A DNA stretch of 54,763 nucleotides from Akkermansiaceae bacterium (GCA_051251915.1 JBPOGF010000022.1:1-54763); one strand, 5' to 3'. Counted from the stretch's first letter, positions 1 to 10,755 are shown. Program-made: numbers and translations. Notes: generated by a model from the sequence alone, not told the origin.

Positions 1-180
1 CATCCTCCTAGTACTTTAAGACGTCTAAAATTCTATCAAAATTTGTTCACAAATAGATCTGTGTAAAAGTCAGGGTTGAAACCCTAGGCTGTGGAACCTA
101 TATCCCTTCAGGATATTTACTGATGTTTCTCGTATTGTGTAGCCAAGCAACTGTATGGGATTATAGTTGTTACATTAACT

Positions 181-1350
181 ATGATATATTCAATTTTAGC
201 GATTTGTTTTACTTCCTCTTTGGTTCAACTGTCTCATGGTCAGCGGTCTGGGAGGATGAGTATGGAAGATCAGGAGGCGAAGGCAATTTCTGAGGAGTTT
301 AAGGGGGTGACGGCTGATGGGAAGGTGGTGGAGGGGTTGTTTAAAATTAAGTCTACGGGTGTTTCGACTGATGGGGTGAAAAAGGCTGCTGAGGAGTTTA
401 TCAAGGGGTTGAGTGAAGAACAACGTGCGAAGACTTTGTTTCCGGTGGATGATGGTGAGTGGCGTCGATGGGCGAATCAGCATGGTTTGAAGCGGCAGGG
501 TGTTTGTTTTGAGGATATGAATGAGGGGCAGCGTGATCTTGCTTTTAAGATGATAGGAGCGGGGTTGAGTGCTAAGGGGCTGAAGACTACTCAGGACATT
601 ATGAAGCTGAACGAGACTATTGCCGAGTTGAGTGGACGTGAGGGGGAGTTTGGTTTAGGTCGATGGGCATATTATGTTACGATTATGGGGAAGCCTTCTG
701 CGACAGAGCCGTGGGGGTTTCAGTTCGATGGGCATCATTGTGTGATTAATTATTTTATTCTTAAGGACCAGGTGGTGATGACTCCGCTTTTCTTGGGTTC
801 CGAGCCTGTTAGAGCTGAGTCTGGTAAGTATGAGGGGACGGTTATTTTACAAGAGGAGCAAAATACAGGCTTGGCACTTGCTCAGAGTTTGAGTGATGAG
901 CAGAGAGTGAAGGCTGTGATTAGTAAGGAGAAGGGAGGGGTAGATAGCAATGCGGAAGCTTTCAAAGATAATGCTGTGGTTCCTTATGAGGGAATTCTTT
1001 ATGATGATTTAGATGCGGAGCAAAAGACTGCTTTTCTGAAGCTTACTGGGCTCTGGATAGGTAACCTCAAAGAAGGTCATGCTAAGGTGAAGATGGAAGA
1101 AATAGAGAAGCATCTTGATCGGACGCGTTTTGCTTGGATTGGGGAGATGGGGAAGGATTCTGTGTTTTATTATCGTATTCATAGTCCTGTTGTTTTGATT
1201 GAGTTTGATCACCAGCGGCCTATTGCTCTTGGTCGTAGTAGAACGGCCACTCGTCAACATATCCATGCGACTGTTCGAACACCGAATGGAAATGATTACG
1301 GGAAGGATCTTCTGAAGCAGCATTTACATACTCATCATCATGGTGAGTAG
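181..1350 (+). CDS. DUF3500 domain protein, secreted
   Basis: Signal-like N-terminus; [26 protein letters not shown] and [15 protein letters not shown] motifs typical of DUF3500. Confidence 0.8.
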   Translation: MIYSILAICFTSSLVQLSHGQRSGRMSMEDQEAKAISEEFKGVTADGKVVEGLFKIKSTGVSTDGVKKAAEEFIKGLSEEQRAKTLFPVDDGEWRRWANQHGLKRQGVCFEDMNEGQRDLAFKMIGAGLSAKGLKTTQDIMKLNETIAELSGREGEFGLGRWAYYVTIMGKPSATEPWGFQFDGHHCVINYFILKDQVVMTPLFLGSEPVRAESGKYEGTVILQEEQNTGLALAQSLSDEQRVKAVISKEKGGVDSNAEAFKDNAVVPYEGILYDDLDAEQKTAFLKLTGLWIGNLKEGHAKVKMEEIEKHLDRTRFAWIGEMGKDSVFYYRIHSPVVLIEFDHQRPIALGRSRTATRQHIHATVRTPNGNDYGKDLLKQHLHTHHHGE

Positions 1351-1481
1351 TTGTCTTTTAGGGATGAAGCTATGATTCTTTCAGGATCTTTTAGGTAGTT
1401 GGATTTAGTATAGAGGTAATCTTTTACAAGTAGCGGAGTATTCGCTGGACGTGGGGTTTGAGGGGGATTAGGTATAGGGTA

Positions 1482-1991
1482 ATGGAGAAAGTTGCGCTTA
1501 GTTTGGAGCCTCAAGGTGAGATTTTTGGGCATGTGCCGTTAATTACTGTGTTACGTGATCATGGGGTGTTTGATTCGCTTGTGGAGGCTAAGGAGCTGAT
1601 TATGGATTTGGTGGATTTGGCCCCGCAGGTTGTTTGGGTGGAGGTGGGGCGTAGGGCGTCTTTTGAGTTAGAGTTGGCAGGGTTGGATATTGCGGTGTGT
1701 GAGGTTAACAAAGCAGAGGCTGAGAGAATAAATGTGGAGAATAGAGTTGTGCGGGGGACGATAGAGTTGAGGGTTCGTTCTAGAGGGGGAGTTAGCTCAG
1801 AGTTGATCGGTAGGTTGAAATCTGAGCAGCTTATTTCGGGGTACAGGTCAGGAGGTAATGCGGATGGGATTTATCATTGGAAGGATGACCGGTGGTATGA
1901 GGACTTTTTGCTGACTATTTTTAAGGAAGAGGATATTGATTTGATTGAGGCTTTGGTGCGGGAGTATTACTATATTGTGGTGCGGGATTAG
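1482..1991 (+). CDS. hypothetical protein
   Basis: ORF 1458..1991; first ATG at 1482; no recognised motif. Confidence 0.6.
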   Translation: MEKVALSLEPQGEIFGHVPLITVLRDHGVFDSLVEAKELIMDLVDLAPQVVWVEVGRRASFELELAGLDIAVCEVNKAEAERINVENRVVRGTIELRVRSRGGVSSELIGRLKSEQLISGYRSGGNADGIYHWKDDRWYEDFLLTIFKEEDIDLIEALVREYYYIVVRD

Positions 1992-2173
1992 GCTGATGTT
2001 TGATGGTTTGTGAGAGATGTGGATGGTTTTATTTGTTGTAAAAAAAATAAATTCATTTATTTTAGAAATAGTCATGGGAGGCTGACGCTTATTCATGTGA
2101 GAGTAATTGCTTTATAGCTCAATTAGGATTGAGCACAATTCACTCAAAGACAAAATAAAACTAACTATATATC

Positions 2174-2440
2174 ATGAAACTACTTATTACATCAGTATTC
2201 GCACTCGCTGCTACATTCTCATCAGTATCTGCCGAAGAAGGTGGCTGCAAAAAAGGTGACGGCTGCAAGAAAAAAGACGCTACAACACTCACTGTTAATT
2301 ACAGCAACGAAGATGGTGGCTGTAAGAAAAAAGGTGGCTGCAAGAAAGATGACGAGGCAGTAGTTGCTGCTACTTACAGCAACGAAGATGGTGGCTGCAA
2401 GAAAAAGGGCGGCTGCAAAAAAGAAGAAGAGGCAGTGTAA
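2174..2440 (+). CDS. small secreted Cys/Lys/Gly-rich repeat peptide (3x E-x-GGCKKxxGCKK)
   Basis: Sec signal ending VSA; six Cys in three repeats; DNA repeat 2299-2361 vs 2374-2436; own terminator. Confidence 0.8.
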   Translation: MKLLITSVFALAATFSSVSAEEGGCKKGDGCKKKDATTLTVNYSNEDGGCKKKGGCKKDDEAVVAATYSNEDGGCKKKGGCKKEEEAV

Positions 2441-2470
2441 TTGCTGATCTAATTCAAACAATTTACAACT

Positions 2471-2503
2471 AAGCTACTGCCTTACGAGGGAGTGGCTTTT
2501 TTT
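2471..2503 (+). terminator. rho-independent terminator
   Basis: aagctact...agtggctt stem followed by T run. Confidence 0.7.
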
Positions 2504-2568
2504 GTTTTTAACTGGGGTGTAAATCAGTCATGATGGGGCATTACTGATATTAGGAGCGGTTACTGCGC

Positions 2569-3063
2569 TTAGCTATTTTTCTTTCCTTGTTGCACTGCGA
2601 GCTTGTACAGATGGTCTGCTTCTCTGCCGCTGATGGAGTCTGATTCTAGGAGGGCTTGGGCGATGGATTTGGTGGCGATCCAGTTTACTGGTTGGTCGAA
2701 GTGGTGGTGGACTTTGTCTAGGGCTCGTTTGAGGACTTTGGTGGCTTGTTTGGGGTTGCCGGCGCGGAGGAGGGCTAGTTTTTCTGCGTCGCGGAGGTCT
2801 TGGGCGGCGCCTTGCATGTTGTAGCGGCCTGATTTACGGCCTTCTGCGGCTAGGCCTGCGAGGAGGATGAGGAGCTCGGCTTCTAGGGCGTCTGGGCTGG
2901 CTTTTTTACGGCCTTTACTCATTTTGCAGACGCCTAGTTTGTTGCCACCGGGGATGATGGTGACTTTGTTGACGGTGCGGCCTGTGATGATGGCGAGGAC
3001 GGCGTGGCCGGCTTCGTGGTAGGCGGTGTGGATGCGTTGGTCTGAGTGATCTGGGGATGGCAT
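2569..3063 (-). CDS. stand-alone zinc metallopeptidase, M41 (FtsH protease-domain)-like
   Basis: TAYHEAGHAV, VTIIP, LLAGLAAE and GAAQDL motifs; no AAA domain. Confidence 0.8.
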   Translation of the reverse strand: MPSPDHSDQRIHTAYHEAGHAVLAIITGRTVNKVTIIPGGNKLGVCKMSKGRKKASPDALEAELLILLAGLAAEGRKSGRYNMQGAAQDLRDAEKLALLRAGNPKQATKVLKRALDKVHHHFDQPVNWIATKSIAQALLESDSISGREADHLYKLAVQQGKKNS

Positions 3064-3452
3064 GGTTTGTAGAATATTGTAAGTAGGGACTTTTTTGTCA
3101 CTAATCTAGGTGAATGTTCAGGAGTTTTTCTTGGGTTGAGGGCTTGGGTTGAGGGATTTTTTTTGAACCACGGAAGTCACTGAATACACGGAACTTGGTT
3201 GATGGGTAGGGGAGCTTGGGTTTTGACCTGCGGTGCTTTACCACGAATAACTCGAATTTGCACGAATGGTGTACGATGAAACCTGGTGGGTGGGGTGGTG
3301 ATGGGAACTGCTTTGTGGGGAATGGGGCAATTTTTGTTCCTTGTGGGTGGAATTTATGGGTTGAATATGTGTGCTTGAGCCATAGACTTTTTGACAGCGG
3401 GATTTATCTGTCTGATGATCTTGTGTCACTTTCTAACAATCTAATTTTTATT

Positions 3453-5054
3453 ATGAATCATTACTTTAAATCATCGGTGTCGGTCTTGGGCTGTGCGCTT
3501 AGTATGCTCACTGCGAATGCGGAGGCTGAGTCAGCAACTACAGAATCTAATCAGAAGCCGAATATTGTGTTTTTGTTTTCTGATGATCATGCGCTGAATG
3601 CGATTTCTGCTTATGGTGGGAGGTTGGAGAAGGTGGCGCCTACGCCGAATATTGATCAGTTGGCTAAGGATGGTGCTATTTTTGAGAATTCATTTTGTGC
3701 GAATTCGATCTGTGGTCCGTCTAGGGCAAATATTTTATCAGGTAAGCATAGTCATGTGAATGGGTTTATTAGAAATCATAATAGTAGTGGTTTTGATCAG
3801 AGTCAGTGGACCTTTATCAAGGAGCTGGGGCAGAATGGGTATCAGTCTGCGGTGATTGGGAAGTGGCATTTGGTGACGAATCCTACTGGGTTTGATTATT
3901 GGGAAATTTTGCCAGGTCAGGGGAGTTATTATAATCCGGTGTTCGTTCAGATGGATGGGAGTAAGGTTCAGGATGAGGGGTATGTGACGGATGTGACTAC
4001 GGATAAGGCGCTGAAGTGGCTGGATGGTAGGGATAAGTCAAAGCCGTTTATGTTGATGTGTCAGTATAAGGCTCCGCATAGGACGTTTTCTCCTGCATTG
4101 CGTCATTTGGGTTCTTTTAATGATGTGGTGATTCCTGAGCCTAGCAATTTATTTGATAAGTATGAGGAGCGCTCTGAGACGCTTCCGAAGAATGAGATGG
4201 AGGTGGATAGGCATATGACTTGGCAGTATGATTTGAAGCTGCGTGATGAGGAGTTGGATGGTATTAAGTTGCCTAGCTTTAGAGATTATGGGACTCCTGA
4301 GTATAACCGGATGAATGATGAGCAGAGGAAGGTATGGGACGCACATTTTGCTCCGTTGAATGCGAAGTTTGTTGCGGATTATAAGGCTGGTAAGATTGAT
4401 CATAAGGCGATGGTGCAGTGGAAGTACCAGCGTTACATGAAGAATTATTTGGCGACTGTGAAGTCTGTGGATGAGTGTGTGGGTAGGGTGACTGATTATT
4501 TGGAGAAGAATGGGTTGGCTGATAACACGATTGTGATCTATTCATCTGATCAGGGGTTTTATTTGGGTGAGCATGGATGGTTTGATAAGCGCTGGATGTT
4601 TGAGGAGTCATTCAAGATGCCATTTTTGATTAAGTGGCCTGGAGTGATTAAGGCTGGGAGTAAGCCGATGGCATTGATTCAGAATATTGATTACGCGCCA
4701 ACGTTTCTTGAGATGGCTGGGGTGAAGGCTCCTGATGCTGTTCAGGGTAAGTCTATTGTTCCAGTTTTGAAGGATGCTTCTAAGGAGGTGAGGGATACTG
4801 TTTATTATTCTTATTACGAGCTTGGTGAGCACCGGGTGCCGCAGCATTTTGGGGTGCGGACGAAGCGTTATAAGTTGTTTTATATTCCTATGACGGATGA
4901 GTGGCAGATGTTTGATCTGGAGCAAGATCCGGATGAGATGAAGAGTGTGTATGGTAATCCTGAGTATAAGGAGGTGCAGGCTGATATGACGAAGAGGTAT
5001 CATCAGATCCGTAAGGATGTGGGTGCTCCGACGTATGAGAAGTATGCGGATTAA
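3453..5054 (+). CDS. formylglycine-dependent sulfatase (S1 family)
   Basis: KPNIVFLFSDDH, CGPSRA, GKWHL, SSDQG motifs; ATG 3453 starts a signal peptide. Confidence 0.93.
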   Translation: MNHYFKSSVSVLGCALSMLTANAEAESATTESNQKPNIVFLFSDDHALNAISAYGGRLEKVAPTPNIDQLAKDGAIFENSFCANSICGPSRANILSGKHSHVNGFIRNHNSSGFDQSQWTFIKELGQNGYQSAVIGKWHLVTNPTGFDYWEILPGQGSYYNPVFVQMDGSKVQDEGYVTDVTTDKALKWLDGRDKSKPFMLMCQYKAPHRTFSPALRHLGSFNDVVIPEPSNLFDKYEERSETLPKNEMEVDRHMTWQYDLKLRDEELDGIKLPSFRDYGTPEYNRMNDEQRKVWDAHFAPLNAKFVADYKAGKIDHKAMVQWKYQRYMKNYLATVKSVDECVGRVTDYLEKNGLADNTIVIYSSDQGFYLGEHGWFDKRWMFEESFKMPFLIKWPGVIKAGSKPMALIQNIDYAPTFLEMAGVKAPDAVQGKSIVPVLKDASKEVRDTVYYSYYELGEHRVPQHFGVRTKRYKLFYIPMTDEWQMFDLEQDPDEMKSVYGNPEYKEVQADMTKRYHQIRKDVGAPTYEKYAD

Positions 5055-5104
5055 AGTTAGCGGTCATCTGTGATCTATAATCAGGGCTTGTTGTTATGGG
5101 TTGG

Positions 5105-5818
5105 TTATAGGTCGAAGGTGGTTTTTAGCTTTTTGAAGATGTTGTTGCTGATTGTTAGGGGGGCGATTTCTGGGTCTTTGAAATGCAGGTGGTAGTTGTT
5201 CGTTTGGTCCGTTGTGAGCTTGGCTAGCATGCTGATGTTGAGAATAGTGGAGCGATCTATTGACATGAATTCTGTCTCGGGAAGAACTTCTTGCCATTGT
5301 TTAATGGTTCTGTTGTGGAGGTAATTTGCTCCACTGGATACGATGATCTGGGTGTAAGGTCGATCTGCTTTGACGAGGGCGATTTCACTTACGCTATGAA
5401 TGTTATACTCTGCTGCATTTTTTAGAAACAGCTTGGATTCATTGGTGAGTTTTGTTTCTTGAGAATTGGCTGGGAGAGGTGGGAGCCTGTCTAGTGCTCG
5501 CGCTAGTTTTTCCTCAGTGACCGGCTTGAGGATATAGTCTGCTGCGTTGACCTCGAATCCTTTAAGAGCGTATTGGGGGTGAGATGTTGTGAGGATGATA
5601 TGTGGTAGTTTTTCAAAGGAGCTAAGTAGGTCGAAGCCTTTTTCGTGGCCTAGGTGTATGTCTAGGAAGAGGAGGTCACAGTTGTTGATTTGGATGAGTT
5701 CTATAGCCGATGTTAGATCATGTGCTTCTCCAACGATGTCTATCATCGGATTTTTGTTTAATAGAATGCGGAGGTTTAAGCGTTCTATTTCACTGTCGTC
5801 AACGATGATGGTTTTCAT
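5105..5818 (-). CDS. LytTR-family response regulator
   Basis: Receiver domain (IVDD, LFLDI, DYILKP) plus a LytTR-like C-terminus (FMSIDRSTILN). Confidence 0.88.
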   Translation of the reverse strand: MKTIIVDDSEIERLNLRILLNKNPMIDIVGEAHDLTSAIELIQINNCDLLFLDIHLGHEKGFDLLSSFEKLPHIILTTSHPQYALKGFEVNAADYILKPVTEEKLARALDRLPPLPANSQETKLTNESKLFLKNAAEYNIHSVSEIALVKADRPYTQIIVSSGANYLHNRTIKQWQEVLPETEFMSIDRSTILNISMLAKLTTDQTNNYHLHFKDPEIAPLTISNNIFKKLKTTFDL

Positions 5819-7818
5819 GATTTGTTAGAATTAGGAATGATGGCTTGGAAGGATGCTCCTTTGTCTGGGAGTTTGGTAACGGAGGCTTTTCCGCCTAGTA
5901 GTTGAGCACTGGTTTTTACGATATATAAACCTAGTCCTGCACCATGTTGGTGGTCTGAGAGGACGGTGTTATTCTTTTCGAACATTTCAAAGAGAATATT
6001 TGGGTTTTCTGGTAGTTGGACTCCTTTGTTATCTACTTGTATGGTGAGGGTGTCATCTTGAAGCTGGATGATTACGTGGATGGGGTCTTTTTGTGGGGAG
6101 AATTTGATGGCGTTGTGGACTAAATTGGTGAGGATCTGAGATAGTCTGACGATGTCTTGATGGATGTTGTCACTAGGAGCGAAACGATTATCCCAATGGA
6201 TTTTAATTTCCTTTGCGTTTGCTAGAGGTTCCAGGATGTCAGTCATAGTTTGGATCCAATTTTTAAGATTGAATGTGGAGAGCTGGATGGGGATTTTTCC
6301 ATGACGAGCAGCGCCGATGTCTAGGAGGTTAGTGAGCATGAGTTCTAAGTGGGAGCCACCAGATTTAATTTGGCCAAGCATTCGCTTGAAATGTTCAGGG
6401 AGTCCCTCTTTTTCACCTTCGTGGACGAGGATTTGTGAGAGGCCGATTAGGGCGCTGAGTGGGGTTCTGATTTCATGGCTCATGTTCGCTAGGAAGAGGT
6501 CTTTGTAGCGGTTGGCTTTGACTGCTTCTTTACGAGATTTATCTAGGCTTTTAGTGCGTTTTTGGACCTTCTTTTCTAGCTCCTCGTTCTGATGGCGCTC
6601 TAGTTTCAGGAGTTGCTCCTGGTTTCTTTCATGCTCTAGGGCTAGGCTTCTGACTTTATCTATCAGCGCGAAGAATAGTAATAGCTTACTGAGGACGATG
6701 CCTAGTGGGGCAATGAGACCGAGAGAAGGGATGTCGGAGATGAAGATTTCTCTAAAGAGGGAGTCTAGTGTTAGGGTGAGCCATAGTGGTATCCAGGAGA
6801 AGAGGTAGAATTTGGCAAATCTTACTTTCTTTTTCCATGCTCGTATGGCGATCAGGAAGCAGAGCGTGCTGTATAGGATGAAGAATATATTGATGAAGCG
6901 TAAAGCTAGTGGGAAGGGTAGTAGTAGGGTTAGGGGTAGTAGGATGATGTTCAGTATGATGAGGATGCGTAGTGCTTGATGATGCCAGCCACTGGAGGAG
7001 TTTATGTTAAAGAAACTCAGATTAAATGATAGGCCTGCTAAAAAGGCGATAGCGGAGAAAAAATGGGTTCCTTCCATGGTGAGGAAGTGACTGAATGGCC
7101 ATTGAAAAGATTTAGCCAAACCCGATAGTCCAGCATAGGTTATCGTAGCTGCTATAGTAGAAATAGAGTAGGCAATGGCTCCTTTCTGGTTACTGTATGC
7201 GGCAAAGATAAGGCTTAGTATACAGAGTGTGACTAAAATACTAAAGATGACGACTAGGTGCGTGTTACTGTCGTTCGCAAAGTATTCATTTATATTTTCT
7301 ACGCTCAGCATTAGGTTGCCTCGTGCATTTGTTTGAGCGCGGAGGTATAGTTGAACTTGCTCTCCTGCATGTAGTGTGAGTCTGATGTTAGGAAAAGTCC
7401 CGGGGAGCATACCTGGTTTTCCTAGGTGCGCATTTCCTGCTGTGTGCTGTTCTATCGTTCCGTTATCTCTGATGATGAACCAGTCCAGTTCTTCCCAGCG
7501 TGTGCTTTCTAATGAGATTACAAATTGATTATTTTCGCTTGAGTTAGAGCGGAGAATGGTGCGCAGCCAAAAGGTTGAAGGGTCATGACCGGGGAAGAGG
7601 TCTTGTTGATAGGAGGCGGTTTTCCACCCGTTATGGAGCATGGCTTCTTCGAGACTTATATGGCTTTCTCCGGTTCTTAAAACTGATGTGTCTTGTAAAG
7701 TAGTCTCACTGGCTGAACGCATTGTTATAGCTAGATTTTTGGAAGTTATTTGCTCACCAAAGCTGAACATCGAGAAGATGAAGAAGCTATAGATTATGGC
7801 AAATAGTTTAAGGTGCAT
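5815..7818 (-). CDS. 7TM-DISM sensor histidine kinase
   Basis: Periplasmic DISMED2-like region (FWLR), about 7 TM segments, H-box FLANMSHEIRTPL, NAIKF, GAGLGL; 4-bp overlap with the regulator. Confidence 0.9.
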   Translation of the reverse strand: MHLKLFAIIYSFFIFSMFSFGEQITSKNLAITMRSASETTLQDTSVLRTGESHISLEEAMLHNGWKTASYQQDLFPGHDPSTFWLRTILRSNSSENNQFVISLESTRWEELDWFIIRDNGTIEQHTAGNAHLGKPGMLPGTFPNIRLTLHAGEQVQLYLRAQTNARGNLMLSVENINEYFANDSNTHLVVIFSILVTLCILSLIFAAYSNQKGAIAYSISTIAATITYAGLSGLAKSFQWPFSHFLTMEGTHFFSAIAFLAGLSFNLSFFNINSSSGWHHQALRILIILNIILLPLTLLLPFPLALRFINIFFILYSTLCFLIAIRAWKKKVRFAKFYLFSWIPLWLTLTLDSLFREIFISDIPSLGLIAPLGIVLSKLLLFFALIDKVRSLALEHERNQEQLLKLERHQNEELEKKVQKRTKSLDKSRKEAVKANRYKDLFLANMSHEIRTPLSALIGLSQILVHEGEKEGLPEHFKRMLGQIKSGGSHLELMLTNLLDIGAARHGKIPIQLSTFNLKNWIQTMTDILEPLANAKEIKIHWDNRFAPSDNIHQDIVRLSQILTNLVHNAIKFSPQKDPIHVIIQLQDDTLTIQVDNKGVQLPENPNILFEMFEKNNTVLSDHQHGAGLGLYIVKTSAQLLGGKASVTKLPDKGASFQAIIPNSNKS

Positions 7819-7887
7819 TCGGCCTAAACTTTAGGTGCAACGCTTCTCATAGAGCAAAGCTATTATTTGAAAATCAACTCTTGAGTA

Positions 7888-7937
7888 GTTTCAGCGTGCG
7901 ATATTGGGGTTTCAGCGTGTGATTTGGGGGTTTCAGC
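7888..7937 (+). promoter_or_regulatory. three GTTTCAGC boxes at 21-bp period; candidate LytTR operator (copy 1)
   Basis: Boxes at 7888, 7909, 7930 in the divergent intergenic region next to a LytTR system; nearly identical copy at 16020-16069. Confidence 0.7.
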
Positions 7938-8013
7938 CTATTGGTGATAGAAATAGATAGAGGGTGCGATTGTTTTATTTTATAAAGAAAATCACCTGAA
8001 AATTCACCCTAAA

Positions 8014-10755
8014 ATGCAAAACACATCCTCAAACCAAGCCTCTACTAAACCTAAAGTTCTCCTCGTTGGCTGGGATTCGGCTGACTGGAAAATCATTAAC
8101 GACCTCCTCGCGGAAGGCGGTATGGATGGCATCCGCTCCCTTATGGACGGTGGCACATATGGAAACCTAGCCACCCTTGAGCCTCAGCTCTCTCCCATGC
8201 TTTGGTCCTCTATCGCCACTGGTAAAATGGCCTATCATCACGGTGTTCAAGGCTTCACAGAAGTAGACCCCATCTCAGGTCAGGTCGTCCCCGTCTCTGC
8301 TGCTACACGACAGTGCAAGACCATTTGGGAAATGCTCGGTGAAAAAGACCTGCGCTCTCACGTTGTTAGTTGGTTCGCCACCCAAGGAGAGCAAGACCTC
8401 AACGGTAAAATGGTCTCTAATATGTTCCCTCATGTCAAAGGAGCTGGGGCGGATACAGAGCCATCAGATTTTCCTCCACCCATGCCAGGGACCTACTGGC
8501 CAGAAGATCTCGCGGACACGATGAATGAACTCCGCGTCTCACCCCATGAGATTGACGAAGAAATCCTCCAGCCCTTTTTACCCAAGGGCCATCTCATCGA
8601 CCAAGACCGAGATAAACGGTTAGGACCACTCCGAGAGCATTTAGCAGAAGCTTATTCAGTTCAGTCCGCAGCCACCCACCTCATGCAGACAGATCCCGAC
8701 TGGGATTTTATGGCCATTTACTTCCGTGCCATTGATGAGATCTCCCACCATTTCATGCACTACCATCCGCCTAAGATGGATGGAATCCCAGAGGAGGACT
8801 TTGAAATCTACCAACACGTAGTGAAATCCACCTATCGTGCACATGACATGATGCTACAGGTGTTGCTTAAAATGGCCGGTCCTGACACCACGGTCATCCT
8901 TGTCTCTGATCACGGTTTTCACTCTGACCACCTTCGCCCCAAGTTCACTCCGCGTGTCCCCGCTGGCATCACCATCTGGCACCGTGACCAAGGTGTTCTC
9001 TTAGCCAAAGGTCCTGGAATCAAAGCCACCAATGAACCTATCTATGGAGCACGTCTGCTGGACATCGCACCTACCATCCTTCACGCCTTTAATCAGCCCG
9101 TAGCTGATGACTTAGAAGGCCGTGTCCTTAGCGAAATATTCACCGAAAACAATCCGATCCAAACCATACCCACTTGGGAAAATGCAGAAGGTTCTAGCCA
9201 AAAGCGTGGCTCCCTTACCGAAGAGGAAAGCGCCGCACTACTCCAGCAGTTCGTTGATCTTGGTTACATCGATGAAGTCTCATCAGATCCCACAGAAGCC
9301 GCCGCCGAGACCCACCGGGAAAATAAATGGAACCTAGCACGTGCCTACCTCTACACCGGTAAGAACGACGGTGCACTGCCACTCCTAGAAGACTGCTTCC
9401 ACGCCTATCCAGAACGCACCGACTACGCGCAGACTCTTGCCCGCACTCAGTTCAATTTAGGCCTAGTCCAAGAAGCAGAAGAAACCCTAGAAATCTGCTT
9501 GGAGACCTTCGGAAACAATACCGCTGCCCAGTTACTACAAGCCTCCATCGCCTTAGAAAAAGGTGACCATCAGCAAGCGTTAGACCTAGCCGCTGCGATT
9601 CGTGAGCAGAACCCAGACCACCCACAGCTTCTCACCATCCTCTGTAGGTCTTACACCGTTTCAGGCCAGTGGGATGAGGCTCTCTCTTGTGCAAAGCATC
9701 TTCAGCAGTTAGACTCGGACAACTACCAAGCCCGCCTCACTCGCGCTCGTTACGCTCTCCACTATGAGAAGGACGCACAAGCCGCTACAAATTTCGCTCT
9801 GGAAGCGATCGAACTCCACTTTGGTGACTTCCGTGCTCACGCCGTCCTTGGCCAAGCCCTTCTCCTTTTGGATCAGCTCCACGAGGCAGAACAAGCCCTA
9901 GTCAATGCTCTTAAGTTAAACATCGACCACGCGCCAGCCACCCAAGCCCTCACCCTAGTCTATCAAAAGCTAGGTGAGACAGAAAAGGCCAGCGCCACAG
10001 AAGGGAACTCCATCCGTCTGAAAGCTAAACAACAAGCAGAAGGAGCCCGCAAACTCCGCTCACTACGCACGGGCATCGCCGCTCGCGGCAAGCTACGCCA
10101 TGCCGAACGCCAACGCCAGCGCGAGGAAGCTGCGCGCAAACAAAAAGAAGAAGACGCCATCAATCCCTCATCTTTCACCATCGTCTCAGGTCTCCCTCGC
10201 TCTGGAACTTCACTCATGATGCAGATGCTCCATGCCGCAGGTATGGACATCATGACAGACGGCAGAAGAGCTGCAGATGAAGATAACCTAGAAGGCTACT
10301 ACGAATGGGAAGAAATCAAGTCCCTCCGTAGGAACCCACGTCTCATTGAGCAAGCAGACGGTAAAGTAATCAAAGTCATCTCAGCACTGCTCTCCCAGCT
10401 TCCGCCAAAGCACCAATACAGGATTATCTTTATGAAACGCCCAGTGGAAGAAGTCGTCAACTCTCAGTGGACCATGCTTAGCCGTGCTGGACAAAAGCCA
10501 CGCTCAGAGAAAGACCACCTCATCCAGACGCAGCAGACCCACATGGAGCAAACCCTTGCCAAACTCCGCCAGATGAAAAACGTCGAGCTCATAGAAATCG
10601 ACTACCCCACCATGGTAGCCACCCCGGAGCAGCAGCTCCCAGATCTCATAGAATTCCTAGGAGACACAGTCATCTCTCCTCAAAAGCTAGCCACTCCCAT
10701 CCGCCCAGACCTACACAGAAATAAAACCACTACCAATACAATCTCTAATACCTAA
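8014..10755 (+). CDS. alkaline-phosphatase/phosphodiesterase superfamily domain + TPR repeats + C-terminal PAPS-dependent sulfotransferase domain fusion
   Basis: LVGWDSAD, LSPMLWSSIATGK, DEISH, SDHG; helical TPR-like middle; VSGLPRSGTSLMMQML (5'-PSB) and IIFMKRPVEEVVNS (3'-PB); no signal peptide. Confidence 0.85.
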   Translation: MQNTSSNQASTKPKVLLVGWDSADWKIINDLLAEGGMDGIRSLMDGGTYGNLATLEPQLSPMLWSSIATGKMAYHHGVQGFTEVDPISGQVVPVSAATRQCKTIWEMLGEKDLRSHVVSWFATQGEQDLNGKMVSNMFPHVKGAGADTEPSDFPPPMPGTYWPEDLADTMNELRVSPHEIDEEILQPFLPKGHLIDQDRDKRLGPLREHLAEAYSVQSAATHLMQTDPDWDFMAIYFRAIDEISHHFMHYHPPKMDGIPEEDFEIYQHVVKSTYRAHDMMLQVLLKMAGPDTTVILVSDHGFHSDHLRPKFTPRVPAGITIWHRDQGVLLAKGPGIKATNEPIYGARLLDIAPTILHAFNQPVADDLEGRVLSEIFTENNPIQTIPTWENAEGSSQKRGSLTEEESAALLQQFVDLGYIDEVSSDPTEAAAETHRENKWNLARAYLYTGKNDGALPLLEDCFHAYPERTDYAQTLARTQFNLGLVQEAEETLEICLETFGNNTAAQLLQASIALEKGDHQQALDLAAAIREQNPDHPQLLTILCRSYTVSGQWDEALSCAKHLQQLDSDNYQARLTRARYALHYEKDAQAATNFALEAIELHFGDFRAHAVLGQALLLLDQLHEAEQALVNALKLNIDHAPATQALTLVYQKLGETEKASATEGNSIRLKAKQQAEGARKLRSLRTGIAARGKLRHAERQRQREEAARKQKEEDAINPSSFTIVSGLPRSGTSLMMQMLHAAGMDIMTDGRRAADEDNLEGYYEWEEIKSLRRNPRLIEQADGKVIKVISALLSQLPPKHQYRIIFMKRPVEEVVNSQWTMLSRAGQKPRSEKDHLIQTQQTHMEQTLAKLRQMKNVELIEIDYPTMVATPEQQLPDLIEFLGDTVISPQKLATPIRPDLHRNKTTTNTISNT

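Noticed and set aside
3216..3452. 79-aa N-terminal extension of the sulfatase
   Set aside because: It starts at TTG and crosses micro-repeats; ATG 3453 gives a normal signal peptide.
7888..7937. CRISPR mini-array
   Set aside because: The period is only 21 bp, the intervening sequences are near-identical, and there are no cas genes; it fits an operator better.
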